A stretch of 64,000 nucleotides of DNA from Bilabrum cf. latius (Eukaryota). The position numbers and the translations under genes were made by a program. This document shows positions 1-16,700 of the stretch, piece by piece. Numbering within the stretch: position 1 is the first letter of the stretch; every line of letters starts with the position of its first letter. Where the stretch lies: assembly GCA_965178125.1 (NCBI GenBank), contig OZ237745.1:1178001-1242000 (forward strand). The letters run 5' to 3'. A model generated the notes under the pieces. The model did not search any database and was not told where the DNA came from. It worked only from the letters and a program-made list of their open reading frames with translations.

Positions 1-2
1 GA

Positions 3-1664
3 TCCCTGCCTGGATTCGTGAACGCGACCTGGGCGGGCGGTCAGGGCCGGGGGCGGCGCTCCCCGTACGAGGGTAAGGTGGTGGTGGCTCGGCGGGGCAA
101 GTGCACGATGGTGGACAAGGCGCGCCGGGCTCAGGCCGCGGGGGCGGTGGGGCTGATCCTGGTGGACGGGGAGGCAGGAGACGTCGGCCTGGCGGGACTG
201 GCGCGAGCGCTGGAAGAGGTGCGGGAGGGGGATGACGGTGGGGATGGCAGTAGGGGTGGGGATGCTGCCACTACTGCGGGCTCCGCGCGGTGCGGCGGTG
301 AAGACGACCCCATGGCTGCATCGGGGCAGCACTCTGCGGCACTGGCGCTCGCCAGGAAGGACACCGCGGTCCTGGGCACCGTCGGGAGGCTGCCGCTGGA
401 AGGGGTCGGTCTGCCCCGGCCGGCGTACGATGACGTCGCCGACTTTGACGCGCAGGTGCACATTCCCGTGGCGGTGTTGTCTGGGCGGGCGGGGGATGCA
501 CTCCTAGCAGCTGGCACGCGAGGTGCGAGCGGGGCCTCGGTGCACATGCGGCCGGCCGATGGCTCGAGCAGCGCCCAATGGGACGAGGTCAGGGGACTCG
601 TGGCTGGCGCGCTGAGGCCCGAAGCCCTGCGCGCTGAGACGGAGACGGAAGCGGAAGCTGGGACGGAGGGCCAGGAGGGTGGGGGGAACACCCGGGGGCA
701 CCACGCCGCCCCGCTGCCTTTCAGGCTGCTCCGCATGCCGCTGCACCCTCGCGCCCTGAGGCGGCGAGCGGTCGGCCTCGTGAGGACACACCACCCGAGC
801 AGCGCCCGGGGAGACGCGGAGCGATGGGTCGCCGTGCAGCGGGCCGCCGTGCTCTGGGGCCCGTGCGCCGAAGATGCCCTGGAGGACGCCGAGCGCGAGC
901 TGCAGTTCGGGCCGGACGGGCGGGACGGCGGGCACCCGGAGGTTGACGCGGAGCTGGCGCAGATGGGCCGACGGGCCGTGCGTCGAGGGATGCACTCCGG
1001 CGACCCCGTGACTGCGTTTGCGTCTGCGGCCCTGCGGCCGGAGCAGCTGCCTCTGGCCCGCAGGTCTGCAGTCGGGCTGCAGGTAGGCGGCTCGGGCAGC
1101 GGGGGAAGTGCGCTTCTAGCGGTGGAGGACGGGAGAGGGGACTCGGCTGCGGCGGCGGGGCATGCTTTCTAGGGAACAAGCGACCCCTTCCGGTGCCGCA
1201 GCGAGAGCCTGACCATGCCGGTAGCGCTGCCGTCGTTTGACCGGAGCAGCAGCTTCCCGTTGGCCAAGCGGCTGCCCGCCCTCCTGCGGCAGCACGTGTG
1301 CCTGGAGCGGGCCCTCATGCACAGCGCCTCTGTGATCGGGGCGTACCTGCATGCGCAGCGGGAGGAGGAGGGGGGCGGCGGCAACGGTGTCGCGGGGAAT
1401 GGTGCGGGCGCGGGTGGGTTCAACGTGGAGGCAGATGGGGGCGCGGTGGAGGACCCGGGCGGCTAGGGCGCCATCGCTGCCGCAGAGGGCCCGGGCAGGC
1501 GCGCCCTGGTGCAGGCGGCTCGCAGGATGCTCGGGCTGGGGACTCAAGAGGCGCGGCGCGTGCTGGAGGGCTTCGAGCTGAGCTACGACTTGCTGGCGAG
1601 GAGTCCCAGGGAGGGGGCTTCCACGGCGGCAGAGCTGCTCCGCGGGGAGGAGGAGAGCGGTTGA
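3..1664 (+). CDS. PA (protease-associated) domain protein, 5'-truncated by the window; possibly the C-terminus of an EDEM/GH47-type protein
   Basis: PA motif GKVVVARRGKCTMVDKARRAQAAGAVGLILVD. ORFs 18..1172 and 1215..1466 are in one frame, joined through TAGs at 1170 and 1464, and end at TGA 1662-1664. Confidence 0.7.
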
Positions 1665-1863
1665 TCGCCGAGGCGGGCTGTTGTACTGAGATGCAAGCGC
1701 TTCTATTGTTCTAATTAGCCTGTGACTACTGGTTGGATCTCGGTGCTTCGGAGACGCCCGCAGTCCCGGAGACAGACGCTCAACAGACCGCATCACGAAG
1801 TGAGACCCCCTTCGTAGGCCTCAGGCCTGAACCGGGCTTGGGCTTGCCTCGCACACTCTTCTT

Positions 1864-5424
<3,561 letters not shown>

Positions 5425-5721
5425 GTAACCCCTGGTTACTCTGTCCCCACGAATCTTGTTTTGGAATGGCTAGCCACCGGCGGCGGCGCCGCGTGCCACC
5501 GTGACGTGATGAGTCCGACGAACGAGACGCGGACGACCGTTTGGCGAACTGATTCGTCCCTGTGGTCCGGCGAGTGGCTGCCTGCTAGTAGTGATTGTTT
5601 GCCAGTGGCGTACAGCCTGCCTACTGGAGGATGCTTTGCTAGCGAGAAGACAGCACATCGTGCAAGCCCGGCCAAACCACTCTTGTGCATCCCTGCCACT
5701 ACCAGTGGTGGTACTAGCACA

Positions 5722-8566
5722 TCACAGATCCACGCCCCGCTTGGAGGCCGCCTCCTCGTCCAGCCTCCTAAACCTCCTCTCCACCTGCTTGAGGTCCTCG
5801 TACAGGCTCTTTATCTTCCTCTCCCGCTGCATCCTCGTTCTCTGCGAGGCGCTGCGGCAGGGATTCACCGTCCTCGTGTGGTTGTCTTTGTACACGCGCC
5901 CAACGTGCTCGAAAAACTCTCCAAAGGTCTTCCGGATGTCCTCGAATCCGCCGCTCGCGTACTGCGCCGCCTCGCTGCCGACCGCAGCCAGCGCCGCGTC
6001 CACGCCCCCTGCCCCATCCGAGCCGAACCCCTGCTCGGCGATCGTGTCAAGGAAACCCCTGCCGAAGCCAAGCAGCAGCTTGTGCTGGAAGCTGGCGCAT
6101 CCCTCGTTGTCCGCCGCTCGCACGTACCCGCACAGCTCGTCGATCTCATCCGGCGTGAAGGTGACCTCGTACAGCAGCCGCCCGTTGCCCGCAGTGGCCA
6201 GATAGAGCATCAGGTTGAAGTCCCTGCAGCGCTGCAGCATCGAGTCTCGCATCAGGCCCATGGCCCCGCCCTCCCCAGTCACGGCCGCCTCGTCTTCCAG
6301 CCCCGAGCTGCCCTGCCGTCGCATCCACAGCGTCTGCAGGTTGCCTGCCACCCGGTGGTTCCTGTCGTCGATGGGGAACACGCGCCTCCTGCACTGCTGG
6401 ATGGAGGGCACCGCCTCCACCCCGTCCTCGTCCCGCCTGCTCATCACGGGGAAGTAGGACCGCAGCATGCGCTCGTAGGGCATGAGCTCCTTGATGCCCA
6501 CGGGGGTCACCAGGTACGCGCAGTCGAACAGCTGCGTGGTCAGCACGCGGTTCGCAAGGTCACCAGGCTTGGTGGCCACCACGGGCTTCTCGGATCGGAT
6601 CATGAACGGGTTCCTCGACTCGGCGGTGGCTGTCTTGGGCAGGCCGAGGTGACCTGCCCTCTGCAGCTGCATGCCCTGGTCGGATATCTAAAAGGCTTGC
6701 GTGGATCGGTACGTCTTGGTCACCTCCCCGCTCGAGTTGCGCAGCGTCTCGACCATGAACACGAGCGTGGTGAAGAACGGCCTCTCCGCCTGCTGCCTGG
6801 CAGCGAAGCACACCTCCGAGGCCGTCAGTGGGCTGGTGCCCTCCTCCCTGTAGGGCGCTGACATGAGGCAGCCCACCAGCTCCAGGCCCAGGTTGCCCGC
6901 GATCCTGTCCGCCCACCGCTGCTGCTCCTTCGAGTCGTCGTCCTGGAGGAGCAGCAGCCGCTGCTCAAACCCGAGCTGCCTGGGCTCGTACACGACCTCC
7001 ACCTGCACCAGGTCAGGACGCTTGCGATCGCCCACCACCGTGCCGTACAGCCACGCAAACCTCCTCTTGTGCAGCGGCTGGTCCAGGAACGACTGCAGGC
7101 TCACCTTCACGACCCTGGTGTGCCCGATCCTCTGGAAGCCAAGCGCCACTTGGTGCTTCTGCATCCACTCGCGCAGCTCACCCATCGTGCGGATGCTGGG
7201 AGGGGGGCGGTCCGCATCCGGGAGGTCCAGCTGCGCGGGATCCACGGGTGCATCGTCGCTGGCCGTGCCGTCATCGACCATGCCCTCCCCGCCCGCACTG
7301 CCCCCGCCTGTACCACCCTCGTCCTCCTAACCACTACCACCGTCGCCGTCGTAAACTCCACCCTTGCCGCCCCCGGGAGGAGTAGAGGAAGGGCCAGACC
7401 CACGAGCGGCGCCCGCTGCACCGCCGCTGGTGCCGCTACTGGCAGCAGCGCCTAGCCCCACTCCTTTGCCACTATCTGCACCCCCACCCCAGCTCCCGCT
7501 CCCACCAGCGCCCGCCGAGTCCCCTGCCCTAGCCCTAGCCCCCCCCGCCGCTGCCCCGCCGGCCGCCGCCTCCGTCGATTGCGCCGCCCGGGGCGGCAGC
7601 ACCTCTACGTCCAGCTCTGTGTTGAGCCTGTTATTCTCCAGCTCAAGCTGCGGCCCTCCCAGGTCCCCAGTGAGGGGCCTCTCTGGGTGTCTCCACCGGT
7701 CCAGGTCTGCCCTCCCGATCCCCCTCGGAGTGAGCTCGATCTGTTCCCCGGTGGGCCGGTGGCTGGCCTTGAACATGCCCCGCCACTTGACCGCCACTCT
7801 CTCCTGGAGCTGACCCACCGTCTCCGTCTCTGGCACCTCGAAGCGGTAGTCCGATTTGGGCGGGTCGAGGGCCGCGCGGGGCGTGAGGCCTTTGGTCCCC
7901 ATCGGGGGCGGGTGCAGCACGAAGGACACGATGCCGCGCGCCTTGCAGTCGTCCAGCTGCTCTTGGATCGTTCTGCGATGCGAACGACTCGCAAGAGGAC
8001 TAGACCTAGTGTGGAGGGCGCCCTGGTGCAAGCGGCGAACCGTTTTGCGACCAGCAAGCAGCCGGCAAAATGGCTCGGCACAACGGCACCATGTCGATAA
8101 ACAGGTGTAATATTGACAACTCACTTTGGTCGCGAAGCACCAGTTGCGCTTGGGGCCGGTGCAGGGGCAGCGGCTGGTGCCGGCGCGTCTGCTCGACTGG
8201 TCACCTCCTGGGGATGGCATATGTACACAAACGCCCCTTTCTGCGAAATTCCAGAAGCAAACCTCGAAAAAGAATCTGGTCAAATTAAATGGAGGCAGTA
8301 CCCTTGCAGATCCAACATAAATGGCTCACGCGAGGCGAAAAAGTTGCGAGCGGTTGGTTCTCATCCTCGGGCAGATCCACCGCAGGATCGACGTCATCGA
8401 CGGATTTATTATGAAGATTGTCGTTTGATAACGATGCAAATACGCGAGTTGGTGGATACGGCAGCTCCAACAGACTTTTGGCAGTGTTAAGAGTGTCCTT
8501 CGCCAGGTCCACCTTGATGCGCTGGATTGAGCCGTTTGAGAGCTTGCATCGAAGCACGTGTGACAT
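5722..8566 (-). CDS. NPL4: Nuclear protein localization 4 homolog (Cdc48/p97 cofactor); 3 exons: 8566-8330, 8240-8125, 7972-5722
   Basis: N-terminal UBL-like segment (MSHVLRCKLSNGSIQRI). MPN-like core with RFAWLYG, VEVVYEPRQ, LGLELVG, LTASEVCFAARQQ and AF(TAG)ISDQGMQL. Two GT-AG introns restore the frame. In-frame TAGs at 7327 and 6688; ends at TGA 5722. Confidence 0.88.
7973..8124 (-). other. Spliceosomal intron 2 of NPL4 (152 nt, phase 2)
   Basis: GTGAGT donor and CATCGCAG acceptor; splicing gives ...RPK|TIQEQ in frame. Confidence 0.75.
8241..8329 (-). other. Spliceosomal intron 1 of NPL4 (89 nt, phase 0)
   Basis: GTGAGC donor and TTTCGCAG acceptor; removes the TAA at 8285 and joins LATFSPR|KGAFVYI. 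Confidence 0.75.
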
Positions 8567-8778
8567 CAACACGCAGAAATTGTACGGCTCTCAGAATTTA
8601 CCGCAACTTGACGACGTTATACCAGCAGATACACGCTTATTTTTGCGTATTCTAGCCCGGAACACGATCTCCAGCATGTGGTTCCGCACGTATGCGCGGC
8701 GCCTATGTGGTTGCAACCAGTAGCTGTTTAGTTGGCCCTGCATCTCTTCGCTGCCTTTTTGCGGGCCAGGCCGGCCCG

Positions 8779-11433
8779 ATGGCCGGCCATGATTCAAAAT
8801 CATCAAAATTGTTACTGTGTGGAGACGTGTGTGGAAGATTTGAGCAGTTTAGGGATAGGATGAACAAGTTGAACGCCTCAAAGAACGGTCCATTTGACGC
8901 AGTGCTCTGTACCGGCAATTTCTTGTCAGCAACGGAAGATGCAAAAAGCTCCATGGAGCGCTTGGCGCATGTAGCAGATTCGATTGCTCTACCGGTGTAC
9001 TTTGTGGCTGGCGCTGAAAAAGGGAACTCTGAGTACAGAAAACTCTTGGTTCATGGCGGTGGTGAAGTTGCCCCAGGTATTCATTATCTCGGTAATTCAG
9101 GAATATCTGAGGTGGCAGGCATGGTGGTGGCATACGTTAGTGGCGAGGAGCACCCGATGCAACCGGTTGCAAGCAGTGATAAGGCAGCTTTGGCGGCAGC
9201 AGTTGCCAGCTCGGATGGCGAGATGCCAGGCGATGCCAATGGTGAAAGCGCCGTTGCGAAGCTGCCCAGGCTGCCAGTATCACTGGGATCCGCTGAGCAC
9301 GATGCCTGCGTGAGCGCGCTGGCTGGCAGGATGGAACGAGCAGCAGACGAGGCCGCTCGCTCCCCCGCGGCAGGGACCGCCAGCGAAGCCGCTGGCAGCC
9401 GCCCATGGCGGCGCCCCGCCCAGCCGGTAGACATCCTAATCACGTCGGAGTGGCCCGCGGGCTTCCACCTAGGGGTGCCCAGCGATGGCCTCCCATCCGC
9501 CAGCGACCTAGGGCTGGGCCAGCACCAGCACGCTGAACCTGCCTCGATCGCCGACCTCGGACCGCTGCCCCCCTCCATCGCGCCGGCTGCTGCGACTGCA
9601 GATCCCTCACTGGGTCCTTCACTTGGAGCTGCAGGCACTCCGGCGGCCACGGCTGCCGCTGCATCGGACGACTCGCCGGCAGTTGCAGCACTATCAGGTG
9701 CACCCGCATCGGGTGCAGCCTCGTCCTCTTCCTCGTCCTCTTCCTCGTCATCTTCCTCTTCCTCATCAGCGCCCAGTGACGGCACGGGTGACCCCAGCCA
9801 GAACGGCAGCAAGGCCGCACCTCCCGTGCTGCCTCCCGTGCTGCCTCCCGTGCTGCCTCCCGTGCTGCCTCCCGCCCTCGCGTCACTGCGGGCTTGCGAG
9901 CGGGTCGGCTCCGCGCGCGTGGCCAGCCTGGTGAGGGCTCTCAGGCCGCGGTACCACCTGTGCGGCGGGGGCGTGGACCTGCACTACCAGCGGGCGCCCT
10001 TCGTGCACGCAGGGAGCGCCAGCTCGCAGGATGCAGCCGTCTCGGGCTATTGCCGCATGATCGCCATGGCGGCAGTGCCCGAGCCGCAGCCCGTTGCGCC
10101 TGCCGCTGCTGATGGCGCAGCAGCAGCAGGGGCACTTGCCAGACCCAAGAGGGGGAAGAAGGGCCGCTGGGTGCACGCCCTCAAGCTGACCAGCTGCGCG
10201 GACGAGCCGGCCGGAAGCGTCAAGGCCCCGGCTGGGTGCACGCCCTCCCCCTTTGTTCCCCAGGTGCTCATGATCCCAGGGCTGGGCCCCTTGCTGCCGA
10301 CTCGGCCGTCGATGGCAGCTGCGATGAGCAGGGACCAGCGAGGGGGTCCGGACCTACCGGGGGCTGGAAGCGCCAGCTGGGAGGAAGGGGGCCGCGGGCA
10401 TGTGCCTGCGGACGAGCTGGCGAGCCGTCCCGGGGCGGGGCAGTTCTTCTTCCAGCAGGGGAACAAGGGGGGGAGGAAGCGGCCCAGAGAGGACGGCCGC
10501 GGCGGGGGCAGTAGCGGCGTCTTCGGCTAGGACGGCTAGGACGGAGAGAACGGGCGCGACGGGGCCGGCAAGCGTCCTCGGGTGGACGCCGCGATGATCG
10601 CTGGGATCGCCGGTGTCAGGATGGAGGGGAAGGGCCTTGCTGCGAGCGGGAGGAGGAGACTGCCCCCCGGGGCCGTGTCCGACTGCTGGTTCTGCACGTC
10701 CTCGCCCTCGTTCCAGGCCAGGCTCGTGTGCAGCATCGGGGAAGAGGCGCTTCTTACGCTGCCCAGAGGCCCCATCAGCGACACGCACTGCCTGGTTGTG
10801 CCGGTGCCGCACGTGGTGTCCGTGGCGGCGGCTCCCAGCGCGGTGGTGCAGGAAATGCGGGAGTACATGGCATGTCTGCGCAGGTGGCACCGGTCGCAGG
10901 GCAGGCGGCTCGTGTGCTTTGAGAGGGTCGTGCAGACCGTCGGCTCGCACCACGCGCACGTCCAGACCGTTGGGGTGCCTCTACAGGCGGCGAGAGGCGC
11001 GGTGGAGCTGTTCGAGTCCCGGGGCGGAGCCCTGGGGCTGGGCTTCGTGAGGCTGTCCGCGGGGCAGTCGCTGGCCCACGCTGCGGGGAGAGACCAGTAC
11101 ATGTGCGTGGAGGTGGACGGAGGGGAGGAGGACGGCGATGGGGGCGCGCTGGTGCCCATGACCCGCCTGTTCTACAAGGTGTAGAGCGGGGTGAAGCTGC
11201 CCTACCAGTTCGGGAGGGAGGTCTGCTGCGAGCTGCTCAAGGTCCCTGGCCGCAGGCACTGGAAAGACTGCCTGCAGAGCGAGGAGGAGGAAGAGGCGGC
11301 TGCGGGAGCCTTCAGGGACTCGTTCGAGCCGTTCGACTTTACCGTGCAAGAGGAGGAAGAGGAGGAGTTGGGCGGGGGCCAGGAAGGGGCGGAGGGTGGC
11401 CACTCTGCTGTGGCTGCCTCAGAAGAGGGCTGA
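8779..11433 (+). CDS. CWF19L1: CWF19-like protein 1 (Drn1 family: degenerate metallophosphatase plus CwfJ/HIT-like C-terminal domains)
   Basis: KLLLCGDVCGRF, KNGPFDAVLCTGNF, VDILITSEWP, LRPRYH, CWFCTSSP, LPRGPISDTHCLVVPVPH, HAHVQTVGVP and LPYQFGREV..LL. In-frame TAGs at 10528, 10537 and 11182; ends at TGA 11431. Confidence 0.9.
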
Positions 11434-11530
11434 TCCGATAGCTGGCGAGCGGCGGTTGAATTGACTTCCTGTACAGGCACACTCATTCAAATGACTTTGT
11501 CTTTTGTGTACCCAACTGCTCTCAATCGGA

Positions 11531-13522
11531 TCAGTCCAACCCCGCGGCATCCGTGGGGTAGAAGCTGCCAGCGGGGGTCGCGGTCTCAGCAGCCCCAGAT
11601 GCATCGCCCCCGGCTTTGTCGTCTTCGTCCGACTCATCCCAGTCCATGGTATCCAGCATGTCGTCCAGCATGTCGGAACCCTCCGAGTCCTCGGTTTGAC
11701 CCTCGCCCCGCGTCCCCTGGCCACCGGACCCAGCCGGGCAATCCACGGCTACCTGGGTTGGCGCTGCGGATCTCGACGACGACGTACCTGCCTGCTCCTG
11801 TGCGTCGGGGCAGCCACCCGGAGCCGCTGTTGTCTCATCGTCGCTTTGCCCTGGCTCGCCCAAGCTGTCCAGCAGATCGTCCAAGCCAGTATAGGCATCA
11901 GCAACACTCGCCCCCCCGGACCCGGACCCGGACCCGGACCCAGACCCAGCGGTGCAGCTGCCACCACCCTTCCCACCATCCGCTGTTGCCAGCGAAGATC
12001 CCGCCTCGCTGCCGCCCTGTGCCTCCCCCTCGTCCTGACTGTCCTGCTGCCCCCCCTGTGCCCCGTCTCTTCCCCACCGACCCAGGTCCTCCAACTCGGG
12101 ACCCCGTGGGCCCCCCACCAGCCGCATGAGCCGCTCAAGCGCAGGCCTCGGCCTCCCGTCCGACCCCGGCCCGTCGACTGCCCCGGCCCGCTTAGCCCTC
12201 TGGTACTCTGCCGCGACGAACCTCGCCAGGGCAGCCGCCCCCGCCCTCCGCACCGAGGGCAGCCCGCTGGCAGCCGCCGCCCGCCCCTCGAGGTCTCTCC
12301 TGGCCTAGTCCTCTCCGGACCGGATCGCCTCTTCCCGCTCTATCTAAGCACCGGGGCCCACCCCTGCCCCCGCACCCGCCCCCCGCCTCGCCCTGAGTTC
12401 TTCAAGATCTGGCCGCCCCGCCCGCTTCCGCTCCTTTGCCACCACCTTGCGACCAGCGTGCGCCGCCGCCTGCCGCAGCACCGCGGACACGATCTCCCCC
12501 GCCCCCGCCCCCGTGAAGCCGCCCCTCCCACTCCTCGCCAGCACCGCCCCCGCCGCCGCCGCCGCCCTCGCCTCGTGCAGCCGTCTCGAGAGCATCGCGC
12601 CCCCGCCCTGCCGCAGGGCCGCCACGCTGTGGCCTCTCGTTGCCAGGGACATGCCGGGGATGGGCACCTAATCGCAGCCCTCGGGGCCCTCGCACCACGC
12701 CTGCGGCCCAGCAGAGGCCAGTCGCGCGAGCTCGTCATCGTCATCGCCTCCTTTGCTCCTCGTCGTCGAAGAGGTCGCCTCGCTCGGCTGCTCGCGCGCC
12801 CCTCGCTGCATCGCGGACGACCCCATGTGCCCCAAGCTCCAGTCTCCCTCGATGCCAACTTCTCCAACGAACTTGGCGACGGCGGTGGCAGTGCTGCCCC
12901 CGGAGGATGCGCCCGCGGCCATTGCTCGCTCCAGGGCACCCGCGCCCCCGTCCAGCTCTGTAGAGAAGCAAGGATCCACAGAAATCCCGCTGATGAACGA
13001 ACGACTCAGGTAATTATTGAGCTGGCCATTTTGGGCATAAAACGCTTTGTTCCGCCTCATGTCAGCTTCAAGGCGAGCTGACGCAGTGGCCACGAGGTAC
13101 CGGCTCGCACGAAGCGCCGTCGAGGCAGCAGCCGAGTCGGCCGGCTTTAGTCGTGCAGCAGCACTGGATTGCCGTGCGTCTGCATGATCGAGCTGACCGC
13201 GCCATGTGAACGAGGGCGCGGAGCTGGGGAACGGGTGCCGGAAGAGTGGTTTCGAAGCCGCAGCGCGTGCCGCCTTCGCCGACAGAGAATCACTTGGCTG
13301 CACTACCGTGGGGATTGTAGGCTTATCATTGCTTGGAGATGGATTCGATGGCTTGCACCCCTTCGGCGCGTTTGGTTTGGGTGTCCTGCTGCTCGCAGCT
13401 GCTTTGCGCCAAGCAGCTGCGCTCGCTAGCGCTCGACGGGTCTCCCAGTCTGCGACCTGGTGCAGAAGCCATAGCGTGCAAGCAAGGCCAATCACAGCTG
13501 CGAGCGTAACTTCAAAAATCAT
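11531..13522 (-). CDS. Hypothetical protein with N-terminal hydrophobic anchor and acidic C-terminus
   Basis: ATG 13522 (MIFEVTLAAVIGLACTLWLL). Three same-frame ORFs joined by TAGs at 12668, 12344 and 12305; ends at TGA 11531. Confidence 0.65.
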
Positions 13523-13704
13523 CGTGTCTATGCACAAACTAGGGTCGGCGGTCGCCGTGCCCTTGGGCGGCTCCGGATTCAAGCCCAACCAGCGGCTGCG
13601 TGCGTGTGCCCAAGATCTACTGGGGAGAGAGTTCTTGCAACAACTGCGAGGAAGGCTCGACGCGACACAACCAAAACAAGGCATCCCGGTTTTCTTCAAT
13701 CACG

Positions 13705-16700
13705 TCACCTCCAGCCTCCGTCCGGACTGCGGGCCCCGGCCTCGCGATCGACAGGCTCGTCAGCCCATGCTACGGCCCCATCATCCACCCCTGCCTCTGC
13801 CACTCTCTCCCCCCAGTCGCCCCAGTCCCCACCCGACGCCACCGCCTCTCCTGCAGCTTCCTCCCATGAAGTGCCACCACTGGCACCGGCAGCTGCTGGA
13901 GCCTCTTCCTCCAAGTCCAGGCCCGTCCGCTCTCGCGTCAATCGAACGCGTGGGACGTAGATGCCCCCGCTGCTGCCACCTGCCGCCCCCGGCCCCGAGC
14001 CCCGCACTGATCCGATCCGGATCGCTCCACCCGGGCGCTCTGCAGCAGAGAACGCGCTCGCGCCCCCACTGGTCGCACGTCCTGGCCAACCACTGCCACT
14101 GCCGCTGCCACTGCCACTGCCACTGCCAGCCCCAGGTCCCGCAGCCCCCCCCGAGTGCCCTCCTCCCAAGAACGTGACCCCCCTGCTGGCCGACATGCGC
14201 GCGTTGGTCGTGTCATCCGCGTCGATGTCCACGCATTCTGCGATGGCGAACCTCAGCTTGTCAGCCAGCAGCTCCGTGGATGGGTAGTTGGGCAGGTCCA
14301 GGCGGTTGAAGCACGTGTAGGCCTTGGGCAGGGGGAAGCGCGTCTTGAGGTGCTGCTGTGCCTTGCGCCGCTTGGCCCCAGGGAGCGCCATCACCCTGTC
14401 CCATTCGCGCTTCAGGGCAGGCGGGATGGCAACGACGTTCACCGTGTGCAGCAGACCAGCGTACGCGCGCCGAGAACCCCCCGAGGAGGAGGAGGACCCG
14501 GCGGCGCCCGCAGCACCCCCAGCAGCGGACGCAGCGGCCCCCAGCAGAGGCCCGCCCCCGGCCCCGCCTCCCTCCTGGATCTCCCCGCCCGCCGTGCCAG
14601 CCGCCATGGAGGACTGAGGGGCCGCCAGCCGGGACCGGCCCCACACGAAGCGGAGGTATGCGCTCCTCTCCTTGGGCGAGAACTCCTGCAGCGCCTTCCA
14701 CAGCGCCAGCACGGCCTGCCTGCCCTCGCTCTCGGGCTTGCGGCTGCCACTGCCCGACCCCAAGCTGCCCTGGTTGCCCGCCAGCCCGCCGTACACGGTG
14801 CACCCCTGCAGCGCCTCGATGTCCACGTCTGCCTCGCCCGCCACGCCGTCCTCCAGCTCCTGCCGCCCGAACAGCCGCAGCAGAGGCAGCGGCACCTGGG
14901 ACCGCATCCCCCTCGCCATCGCGTGCACTGAGGCGTCCCAGCCGCCCAGCGCAACCGCCGCCGCGGCGGGCTGCAGCAGCCTCGCAGAGGTGGGGCCCAG
15001 GCACGCCGCCGGTCTCCGAAGGGCGCGCGGGGCGGCCGCCGCGCGCCGGCTGCCATCCAGCGCCGCCGCGAGACCCGCGGGCAGCGCCGGGGCAGCCGAG
15101 GCCAGCACGGCGGCGTGCGCCCTGGCGTCCACCGCCGCCAGCATGGAGAGGGCAGAGGCGGCCGCCAGCTCGCCGCCTTGAGGGCCCAGCCCCGAGGCGT
15201 GGGAGGCACCCGCCGCGGCGGCGCGCAGCACCAGCGTGCCGCCAGCGGAGGAGGACGCCAGGGCCGCGCCCGCCGATGCGATGGCCCAGGGCGCGGGGGC
15301 CCAGGGGCTCCGGTGCCCGTCCACGGCAAGCGTCAACGACCCGCCCGCGTCCGCCCCGGCGCACGCCCCCGCGAGCCTGGCCCAAAGCGCGGGCGCCAGC
15401 CTCAGCCCCAGGGGCGCCCCCGTCCGCAGCGCGATGCCGGCCATGATCCCAAGGAACTCGTAGCCCTGCTCGAGGGTGCGAGCCGCCGCGTCCAGGGGGG
15501 GCGCACCCGCCAAGGGCCAGGGTCTCCATGCCGCATCCACCAGCTCACCGCTGGCCTCCTCGTACGTGGTGGCGGCCCCGTCCTTGTGGACAGCCAAAGC
15601 TTCGAGGCACCTGTCGCTAAGCTCCGGGCCAACCGCGCCCGTCGACTGCTGCGGGAGCTGCCTGAAGTGCAGGAGAGCTCGGGCGGCCCCGCTGCCCCCG
15701 TGCCCCCACTGCAGAGCCAGAGGAGCCACGCCCTGGGAGCCCATGCTCACGGCCAGCAGGGCCACGGCGGCCTGCGTGTCCTGCGAGGGAACAAGGGAGC
15801 CGCGCATGCAGTCCCCATTCACGCTCAAGCCCTCCGTGATGGCGTCTCCAGTGGCCGACGTGACCACGCCGCCGAGGGCCCGTGCCCGCCCCTGCGCCGT
15901 CCTGCGCTGCGCCTCCCGCTGCAGCGCCTCCCGCCAGGAGCGCGCGGGCAGCGGCACGCAGGCGTCCATGGTGCCCAGTGCCTGCGCCTCCTCGGCGCCC
16001 GCCCCGGCGCCCGCGGCACCGCCTCCTGCCACCCCGGTCTGCGCGTTGGGGGTGGGTCGCAGGAGAGGCAGCACCGCACCCTCCGCGCCCGCGTCCTCCA
16101 GCCCGTGGGTGCCCATAGTGCTGGCCAGCGCAGACACGAGCGAGCCCGAAGCACCGCTGCCCACGGCCGCCTTGGCGCCCGCGCCGGTCACCGCGCCCGC
16201 CGTGCCCTCCTGCCCCTCCTCGGGCTGCACCTCCCCCTCGATCGCGGCCATGATCTCGCGATACGGACCCCCGTAGTCGTCCGCGTGTTCCCCGGACAGC
16301 TCCACGAAGAACGCCCGCTCGTCGTTCCTTAGCCTCCATGGACTGACCTTGCGCAGGGACTGGAACGCCTGCGCCGCCACGGAGCCCCGCCCCAGGCATG
16401 TCGCCAGCCGCCGCGCGTCGTCGAGCAGGTCTCTGGGCCTCTGCAGGAGCATCTGGAGGGCGGCCTGCTCCGAGCCGTGGGTGCACGCCGAGGGACGCTG
16501 CACGCTCGAGCCCCCTGGGACGAGCACTGGCCATAGGCCGCTGGGCGGCTGCGACAGCTCTCGCCAGCCCCCCGCCCTCCTCGCCGCCGCGAGCCCCGCC
16601 TCCCTCGCCGCCTTGCCACCGCTGAGCAGCCCCTCGTGCCAGCGGTCTGGGCCCATCGTGCGCGCGCGCCGCTCCTGCACTTTCAGAAGCATGTCCTTGG

